From the NCBI GenBank assembly GCA_037446135.1, contig JBBIJD010000025.1, forward strand, positions 1,909 through 22,369: a stretch of DNA of 20,461 nt. Reading direction: 5' to 3'. Positions 14,021-20,461 of this stretch are shown in pieces. This stretch comes from Candidatus Fraserbacteria bacterium (GTDB lineage Bacteria; Bipolaricaulota; Bipolaricaulia; RBG-16-55-9; JANLFV01). Every line of letters begins with the position of its first letter. Position 1 is the stretch's first letter. The notes beneath the pieces are model-generated. The model had not been told where the DNA came from, did no database searches, and worked only from the letters and a program-made list of their open reading frames with translations. A program made the position numbers and the translations under genes.

Positions 14021-15331
14021 TTGGAGATGCAGACCGTTTACATTCACACCTGGGGCTGTCAGCTCAACGAGCACAAGTCCGAGGAGATCGCCGGAGTCCT
14101 CCAGCGGGCAGGCTTTCGCTTAGTGACGCGGCTGGAGGAGGCCGAGGTGGTGATCTTCAACACCTGCACCGTCCGGGAGAAGGCGGTGGAGAAGGTCCTG
14201 GGGAAGGCCGGCGAGGTCCAGCGCCTCCGCTCTCAAGGTAAGAGAGTCCTTTTAGGACTCGGCGGCTGCCTCCCCCAGGCCGAAAGGGAGGGGCTCTTCC
14301 GCCGGATTAGGGGCATTGACTTCCTCTTCGGGACCTCGGCCGGGGACATCAAGCGCCTCCCGGAGATCATCTCCCTTGCCGAGGCCGAGCCGGGAGTCCT
14401 GGCGATCGGTAAGCCTGAGGGGCTCGACCACCTCCCGGTCCGGCGGGAAAGCCCCTTTAAGGCCTATGTGACGATCACCGAGGGTTGCGACCACTTCTGC
14501 TCCTATTGCATCGTCCCCTATACCCGGGGGAGGCTCCGCTCAAGGCCGATGGAGGAGATCGTCGCCGAGGTCGAGGGGCTCGCCTCCCAAGGGTATAAAG
14601 AAGTTATCCTCCTCGGCCAGAATGTCGATTCCTACGGGAGGGACCTCTTCGGGGAGGGGAGGTTCGCCGAGCTCCTCCGCCGGGTGGCTGCCACCGGGAT
14701 CCCCCGAATTCGCTTCACCTCCTCTCATCCCGAGGACATGACCGAGGATCTCTTGAGAACGATCGCCTCCCTCCCCAACGTCTGCGGACAGCTCCACATG
14801 GCCGCACAGTCCGGCTCCGATCGGGTCCTCAAAGATATGCGCCGGCCTTATACCAAGGCTCAGTTCCTGGAGAAGGTCGAGCTGGCCAAGCGGCTGATCC
14901 CTGGGGTGAACATGTCCACCGATCTGATCGTGGGCTACCCCACCGAGACTGAGGAGGACTTCCAGGAAACGGTCGATCTAGTGGAGCGAGCACGGTTCGG
15001 GAGCGCCTTCATCTTCAAGTTCTCACCCAGGCCGGGGACGGTCGCCGCGGTGAAATACGGCGACCCGATCCCTCAAGAAGTGAAGGAACGGAGGCATCAG
15101 GCTCTCTTGGAGTTGCAGCGGCGGATCAGCAATGAGGAGAGCTCAAAGCTCATCGGGCAAGAGGTGGAGGTCCTCATCGAGGGATATTCTAATGGGAAGC
15201 TCTTCGGGAAGGGGCGGGACGGTCGGACCGTGATCTTCGATGGCGATGAGCACTCCCTTGGGGAGCTCGTCGCTGTTCGAGTGACCGGCGTGGACAAGGG
15301 AACGCTCCTCGGGGAGCCCTGCAATGGCTGA
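14021..15331 (+). CDS. miaB: tRNA-2-methylthio-N6-dimethylallyladenosine synthase MiaB
   Basis: HTWGCQLN, NTCTVREKA, GC, radical-SAM CDHFCSYCIVPYTRG, LLGQNVDSYG, RIRFTSSHP, QSGSD, C-terminal TRAM domain. Start is TTG 14021 or ATG 14027. Confidence 0.93.
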   Translation: MEMQTVYIHTWGCQLNEHKSEEIAGVLQRAGFRLVTRLEEAEVVIFNTCTVREKAVEKVLGKAGEVQRLRSQGKRVLLGLGGCLPQAEREGLFRRIRGIDFLFGTSAGDIKRLPEIISLAEAEPGVLAIGKPEGLDHLPVRRESPFKAYVTITEGCDHFCSYCIVPYTRGRLRSRPMEEIVAEVEGLASQGYKEVILLGQNVDSYGRDLFGEGRFAELLRRVAATGIPRIRFTSSHPEDMTEDLLRTIASLPNVCGQLHMAAQSGSDRVLKDMRRPYTKAQFLEKVELAKRLIPGVNMSTDLIVGYPTETEEDFQETVDLVERARFGSAFIFKFSPRPGTVAAVKYGDPIPQEVKERRHQALLELQRRISNEESSKLIGQEVEVLIEGYSNGKLFGKGRDGRTVIFDGDEHSLGELVAVRVTGVDKGTLLGEPCNG

Positions 15332-16448
15332 GAGGAGGCCCTCGCGCTCGCGGGTCGTCCGGGTCGGGGGGCTCGAGCTGGGCGGCGGAAATCCGATCCG
15401 GGTCCAGTCGATGACCAACACCGATACCCGGGATGTCGCGGCCACGGTCTCGCAGATCAAGCGGCTCGAGGCGGCGGGATGTGAGCTCGTCCGAGTCGCG
15501 GTCCCGGATATGGAGGCCGCCTCGAAGCTGGGAGAGATCAAGCGACGGATCTCAATCCCCTTGATCGCCGACATCCATTACAACTACAAACTTGCGCTCG
15601 CGGCGCTCGAGGAAGGGGTCGACAAGCTCCGCCTCAACCCAGGGAACATCACCAAGCGGGAGCAGATTGAAGAGATCGTCCGTGCGGCCCGAGACCGCGG
15701 GGTCCCGATCCGCGTCGGGGTCAATGCCGGCTCGCTCCCCCAAGATATCCTGATCAAGTATGAGGGGCCGACGCCGGAGGGGCTGGTGGAGGCGGCCCTG
15801 AGGGAGATCGAGCTCCTCGAAGGCCTTGGCTTCTTCGAGATCGTCGTCTCCCTCAAGGCGAGCGAGGTCCCAATGATGATCGAGGCCTACCGCCTCTTCG
15901 CCAAGGAGCGAGACTACCCCTTGCACCTTGGTGTGACCGAGGCCGGTGGCGGGGATGCGGGGATCGTGAAGTCGGCCCTCGGGATCGGGACGCTCCTCCA
16001 GGATGGGTTGGGCGATACGATCAGGGTCTCGCTCACCGGCGACCCCGTCCGGGAGGTCGAGGTGGCCTACGAGATCTTGAAGGCCCTGGGCCTCCGCCGC
16101 CGCGGGGTGGAGATCGTCTCCTGTCCGACCTGTGGGAGGACCCAGATCGACCTCGAGCGGATCGCCAATGAGGTCCGGGAGAGGCTGAGAGGGCTGGCCC
16201 TCCCGATCAAGATTGCATTGATGGGCTGCGCCGTCAACGGCTTGGGTGAGGCGGGGCGGGCGAATGTCGGGCTGGTGGGCCACCGCGGCGGGGGGACTCT
16301 CTATGTCGATGGGCAGATGGTCAAGCGGGTCCCCGAGGACCGCATCGTGGATGAACTGCTGGCACTGGTGCGCAATCTGGATCCGGCCTTATCACCGGAA
16401 TCGCGTCAGCCGGACCCCTCCCGCACAAATCCTGGAGGCCAGGGGTAG
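15324..16448 (+). CDS. ispG: 4-hydroxy-3-methylbut-2-en-1-yl diphosphate synthase
   Basis: PIRVQSMTNT, PLIADIH, RLNPGN, RVGVNAGSL, YPLHLGVTEAG, GDTIRVSLT, SCPTCGR, MGCAVNG. Confidence 0.97.
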   Translation: MAERRPSRSRVVRVGGLELGGGNPIRVQSMTNTDTRDVAATVSQIKRLEAAGCELVRVAVPDMEAASKLGEIKRRISIPLIADIHYNYKLALAALEEGVDKLRLNPGNITKREQIEEIVRAARDRGVPIRVGVNAGSLPQDILIKYEGPTPEGLVEAALREIELLEGLGFFEIVVSLKASEVPMMIEAYRLFAKERDYPLHLGVTEAGGGDAGIVKSALGIGTLLQDGLGDTIRVSLTGDPVREVEVAYEILKALGLRRRGVEIVSCPTCGRTQIDLERIANEVRERLRGLALPIKIALMGCAVNGLGEAGRANVGLVGHRGGGTLYVDGQMVKRVPEDRIVDELLALVRNLDPALSPESRQPDPSRTNPGGQG

Positions 16449-17401
16449 TCTTCGGGGCAGAGGTCTCGGTCGTTGTATAAGAACAGATTGTCAGCACCGG
16501 TGATTCTCCCTTCGAATATGAACTCCGGTTCTAGACTCGGCACACAAGAGGGCAGATAAAGCACTATGCCTATATAGTTTCCCTCAATACGATTCCCGCG
16601 GAAATCGGCATTTGTCTTTCCCCCTAATGCCACTGCTATCGCTACTAAGTCCATGATCTCATTCTCTATGAAGTAATACTCGCCGCCAAATGCCATTATA
16701 CCACCAGCTGGGCTCGGATGGGAAATGTTATAGATCTTATTCCCTTTAAGCCATGCTTCAACATCTTTAAACAACATTCCAGCCCAATCTGGCTTGAACC
16801 AAATCCTATTGTCTTCCAGTATGACCTTGCCACCACCTTCCGCCATAAGCCCTCTGTTCGCGTCAAGCTCGCTCCCTTCTATGGTGAGCTGGGCCCTCCC
16901 TCTCATCTCAATGGCAAAACTAGAGGCGTCAATGCCGCTATCGCTGATAATTAGCTCCAGGTCCTCCGGATTGCCTTCCGCTGGCCCTTCCAGGAATATG
17001 GCCGTCCCAGTTCCAGTCCACTCCTCGGACCATGACATCCCGACGTTTACGAGACTGTTCTGAATCACAAGGTTATCCAAGGTGACAGTTATGGGGTGGC
17101 CGGGGGAGCGGACGGTCAAGAAATATCCGTGATCGACGGCTATAATGAGGTTCCACGGATATGTAATGCCCTGAATCGTTAAGCTCTTATCGATAACGAG
17201 AGGATGCTCATAGTATATGCCCTTGCTGAGCTCGCTGAGCTGGATCACCGCCCCTTCAGGGGCCGTAGAGATAGCTCTTTCCAATAGACCTAAGCAGCCA
17301 ACAGAATCGGGGCAGCTAACCTCGATCACCGGCGTCTGTGTCCCAGCCTCACTCCCCCAGACTATCCCCACGATGAGACCTATCAGCAAGAGCCATCTCA
17401 T
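16406..17401 (-). CDS. Secreted right-handed beta-helix (pectin-lyase/NosD-like fold) protein (331 aa)
   Basis: Signal peptide; N-cap 'LERAISTAPEGAVIQL...GIYYEHPLVIDKSLTIQG'; PbH1-like rungs EDNRI, KGNKI, IENEI, RGNRIEGN; C-terminal DLCPEDYPWPPGF. Confidence 0.8.
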   Translation of the reverse strand: MRWLLLIGLIVGIVWGSEAGTQTPVIEVSCPDSVGCLGLLERAISTAPEGAVIQLSELSKGIYYEHPLVIDKSLTIQGITYPWNLIIAVDHGYFLTVRSPGHPITVTLDNLVIQNSLVNVGMSWSEEWTGTGTAIFLEGPAEGNPEDLELIISDSGIDASSFAIEMRGRAQLTIEGSELDANRGLMAEGGGKVILEDNRIWFKPDWAGMLFKDVEAWLKGNKIYNISHPSPAGGIMAFGGEYYFIENEIMDLVAIAVALGGKTNADFRGNRIEGNYIGIVLYLPSCVPSLEPEFIFEGRITGADNLFLYNDRDLCPEDYPWPPGFVREGSG

Positions 17402-17535
17402 TGCCCCTTCTCTACCTCCACAAGCCGGCTTAGAATTTGGAATTAGAATCTTCCTCCATCGGGACTGCTCCCCTCGTTCCGGCTCCAGCTATCCTAAATG
17501 GGGATCGATTCCACACCACTAGACTCATTGCCCCT
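17397..17535 (-). repeat. 12-bp direct repeat AGGGGCAATGAG at the junction of the two beta-helix genes (127-bp period)
   Basis: Plus-strand CTCATTGCCCCT at 17397-17408 and 17524-17535. One copy holds the stop of the upstream gene, the other the start of the downstream gene. Confidence 0.7.
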
Positions 17536-18709
17536 CGAGCTCCACACCGCAGCGCCTCGCTAGCTCCGCTAAAGCCTCAGGATCAGGTAGGAAAGGGTGC
17601 ACAGTAGACCGGACTAACAGGTCCTCTTCGTTCTCTTCAAACTCGTTGCCCTCGCATACTGCCACATTCTGGACCAGCTCAGGAGGAGTGACTAAAAGGC
17701 CGGTTTGATTGAGGGCAATGAGATTGCGTTCCAGCCCTAACTTCAGCACCCCTATCGTCCTCAACTCTTCTTCCCTTTCAAATATGATCCCCCTCCCGTT
17801 GTTGACGATCTGATTCTCCACCAGGGTTGCGCTGGCATTGGTGAGCCATAGACCGCTGCCACCCTGTTGAACCTGACTCCGGCGGAGGATCAATTGCCCC
17901 CAGATGAACTCGATCCCTATCCCACTTATTGAGTCTACTCCCTTGGGCTCAATAAAGCTATCGGATAGGCTCATGATCAGCTCCACTGGCTGGACCCTAT
18001 ACTCCTGAGGCATCCGAGCAATCAAATTGGTCATAACCCCAATCTTTGCATCGCGAATCTGGACCTTGTACCCCATTATCCACCCACTCCCATACGCAAA
18101 GATCCCGACCTCTAGAGGATCAAGGAAATTCGGGAGACCAGTGATCTCGACCTCATTCAACTGGAGGGCTATGGGCCCTTGCACATATATTCCGGCCGAA
18201 CACATCTCCTCGCCCCAGTATTCAGGGAACGCAGGGGGAAGGAAGAAGCAAGAAATGGATGAGGAGGGGATCTCTGAGGGCATGGGCTCTCTAGGGCGGA
18301 GCCTCAGCCCTTCCAACCAGACAGTGATCCTGGAAGCAGGATCAGCTTGCTCCCCCCTCAGTTCCTGGAGGAAGGCCTCTTGCGACCCGAGGATGCGCAC
18401 CACCGGAAATATCCATTCTCCCCCTTCAATGATGGTAGATTCGCTCCCGGAGCCGATGATCCAGAGGCTCTTTTGGATTAAGAGGTTCTCCCTGTAGGTT
18501 CCGGGGCCGACCTCGATGATCGCCCCCTCCGGTGCGGCATCGATCGCTTCCTGAATGGAAATGAAGGGACAACCCTGGGGACAAACATGAAATGGGATTC
18601 CTTCGAGTTCAGCCGGAGCGATCGGGCTCGCTCCCAAAGCTACCAATAAGAGGCCCCAAAGCACTGCCCTGTATGTGGCCCATCTTGTTGTAATCCTTCT
18701 TCCCCGCAT
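17525..18709 (-). CDS. Secreted right-handed beta-helix protein (~394 aa)
   Basis: GGAGGGG RBS then ATG 18709; signal peptide; 'VCPQGCPFISIQEAIDAAPEGAIIEVGPGTYRENLLIQKSLWIIGSG' beta-helix N-cap; ENQIVNNGRGI and RNLIALNQTGL rungs. Confidence 0.82.
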   Translation of the reverse strand: MRGRRITTRWATYRAVLWGLLLVALGASPIAPAELEGIPFHVCPQGCPFISIQEAIDAAPEGAIIEVGPGTYRENLLIQKSLWIIGSGSESTIIEGGEWIFPVVRILGSQEAFLQELRGEQADPASRITVWLEGLRLRPREPMPSEIPSSSISCFFLPPAFPEYWGEEMCSAGIYVQGPIALQLNEVEITGLPNFLDPLEVGIFAYGSGWIMGYKVQIRDAKIGVMTNLIARMPQEYRVQPVELIMSLSDSFIEPKGVDSISGIGIEFIWGQLILRRSQVQQGGSGLWLTNASATLVENQIVNNGRGIIFEREEELRTIGVLKLGLERNLIALNQTGLLVTPPELVQNVAVCEGNEFEENEEDLLVRSTVHPFLPDPEALAELARRCGVELEGQ

Positions 18710-18710
18710 C

Positions 18711-20461
18711 TTAATCCCCTCCAGATATAATGCTTGTGGCATAAGTATTGTTGCCTACTCCGCCGATCCATGCCGGACTCCCACCTCCGCCACCCGAGCT
18801 GCCATCATTGCCGCTATCGGGATTACTATTGGTAGAACTGTCGCAGCGATCCTCCGCACAGTCGACGCAGCAGGACCCACCAGAGGGATGGCCGTTGTTG
18901 CACCATGATGGGCGGGCGCTACAAGCAAGTCGCTCAGCCTCTTCCTCAGTCATATTGGCATAGTAAACCCTACATTGACCACCCTCGCACACGAACACCC
19001 AAATGGGCATATCTCCGAACCGGCTATCCAGTTCGGTAGCCAGCTTTTGCCCCGCTCCAGGAGCCCCTAGCAAAGCGATAAATCCGATGAAGTCCGAGTA
19101 TCCTGGTATACGCCTAGTCCGATAAGCATCATGGGCGTCCACAAACCCCCAGACTATTTCGCGCACCTCATCGGCGCTCAAATACCCCTCTACACCTACA
19201 AGGCCACGCACTTGTTGGATCTCCATCACCAATAAAGGTCCAGGATGGTTGTCGAGATATCTAAGTTGTGCGTGAATGAGAAAATTCCAGGAACCATACA
19301 CTCCAGTAAGTATTCCATCAGCTAATTGTCGTAGCATCTCTCCGTAAACGATGAGTCCCGCAGCCCAGTTCGCCAGATGTTCGTAGTATCTATCGCCACG
19401 ATATGGGATTGAGATGAGCTGCTCAAAGAACATCTCGATGTCTTTTAGGATAATTCCCCGCTGTTCTGCACTAAATTTCTCTGCATTTGTGAAGATCCAT
19501 GCTAGACTCTTGACGAACTCTACAAGATGTTCATCTAACAGCTTTGTCGCCATCCCATACCCTATCTGCCGTCCGAGGACGAGGGTGAGTGCGACTAGGA
19601 ACTCTCGCCTGTCCTCAGCTGAGCCTATTGCCTCTAGTTGGCCCAGGAGGCTCAGCCAAGCCTCATAAGCGCTAGGATTGTCCTGCAAGCAGCCTATAAC
19701 CCAATTTAGATATCGCTCGGCCGCCTTCTCAGGATCAAGGCCTTCCATGAGGGGATCGGCTGCCCCTTGGAAATGAAAGCCGATGGAAAACGGAATGCCA
19801 CGGAAGGAGAACCCGATGTTGATAAAAGTCTCTCTCACCCTAAGGTATCTAGCCATTGAACCGAGAAAGTCATCCAGGTGCGGGCCATATTGGGGATCGT
19901 TAAGTAAACCTTCAATGGTATAACCCTTTTCGACTAGCAGTTCAAAGATCTCAAGGATGATCTCCGGGTCAAACTCCTCGATTTCCTGGGCTTGGACGCC
20001 TTGATCCGATTCAATAGGAGATTGTTCGAGAGCTAGGCTACTTAAGGCCGCCAAATCATCTTGAGCCCAATCGAACAGCTCTCGAATCTCCTCCTTAGTG
20101 GCATTCCGGAAGCCATAGAAGGCCACATCCCTGTTCCGGCCCCTTAGGATGAGATAGGCTCGAGGAGGTGAGGGCTGCCGCTGGATCTCTAGGTATTGGT
20201 TGATAAGGAGTTCAATCGAGACTAGCTTTGGGCCAGCATAGGGGCCAAAGATCCGATCATTCTGGAGATCTCTGACCCTGAACTTACAGGTCTTCACTTG
20301 AGAGTCCCAAGAGATCCCATTCCAATACTCCTTCATTATTGCTCTATCCCAGTCCACCTCCTTCTGGCCTGGCCGGAGGACTTGAACCCCCTTAGCTACC
20401 CAGTTTCCGCAGTCGCAGCCGTCGAGGAGCTCGAGCTGGAGCTCGGTCGCAAGCCAGGGAG
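18711..20461 (-). CDS. Large hypothetical protein, 5'-truncated by the window (>580 aa), Cys-rich then Ser/Gly-rich C-terminus
   Basis: The frame of the 548-aa ORF stays open to the window edge (...PWLATELQLELLDGCDCGNWVAKGVQVLRPGQKE-VDWD...). Its stop is separated from the next gene's start by 1 nt. No family recognised. Confidence 0.75.
   Translation of the reverse strand, partial: PWLATELQLELLDGCDCGNWVAKGVQVLRPGQKEVDWDRAIMKEYWNGISWDSQVKTCKFRVRDLQNDRIFGPYAGPKLVSIELLINQYLEIQRQPSPPRAYLILRGRNRDVAFYGFRNATKEEIRELFDWAQDDLAALSSLALEQSPIESDQGVQAQEIEEFDPEIILEIFELLVEKGYTIEGLLNDPQYGPHLDDFLGSMARYLRVRETFINIGFSFRGIPFSIGFHFQGAADPLMEGLDPEKAAERYLNWVIGCLQDNPSAYEAWLSLLGQLEAIGSAEDRREFLVALTLVLGRQIGYGMATKLLDEHLVEFVKSLAWIFTNAEKFSAEQRGIILKDIEMFFEQLISIPYRGDRYYEHLANWAAGLIVYGEMLRQLADGILTGVYGSWNFLIHAQLRYLDNHPGPLLVMEIQQVRGLVGVEGYLSADEVREIVWGFVDAHDAYRTRRIPGYSDFIGFIALLGAPGAGQKLATELDSRFGDMPIWVFVCEGGQCRVYYANMTEEEAERLACSARPSWCNNGHPSGGSCCVDCAEDRCDSSTNSNPDSGNDGSSGGGGGSPAWIGGVGNNTYATSIISGGD

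Noticed and set aside
20336..20357. GTG 20357 or ATG 20336 as the start of the last CDS
   Set aside because: AAGGAG touches the GTG and is too far from the ATG; the frame remains open to the window edge, so the gene is treated as truncated.

Overview
GC-rich bacterial chromosomal window. The gene mix is reminiscent of Bipolaricaulota/Acetothermia, but that is only an impression and was not tested. The housekeeping backbone comprises the 5' part of tRNA-Leu(CAA), rsmA, a BtuFCD-like ABC importer plus a BtuR/CobO adenosyltransferase (B12 salvage), a CPBP membrane protease, an orphan LeuD/HacB small subunit, a stand-alone GlmU C-terminal acetyltransferase, glmM, miaB and ispG. Interspersed accessory material includes: (1) an unknown protein paired with a ZAS (HxxxCxxC) anti-sigma-like protein; (2) an AT-richer solitary PD-(D/E)xK nuclease-like gene; (3) an intact but motif-eroded, transformylase-only PurH paralog; (4) two secreted proteins sharing a tandem two-Cys C-terminal module (DUF4384-like) fused to different N-terminal propeller domains; (5) an AT-richer block at the right end with a large Cys-tailed protein, cut by the window edge, followed by two paralogous secreted beta-helix proteins. 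Short direct repeats that include RBS and start codon sit at two secreted-gene junctions. No CRISPR array, rRNA, integrase or transposase was seen. All family calls come from motif recognition by eye, not database searches.
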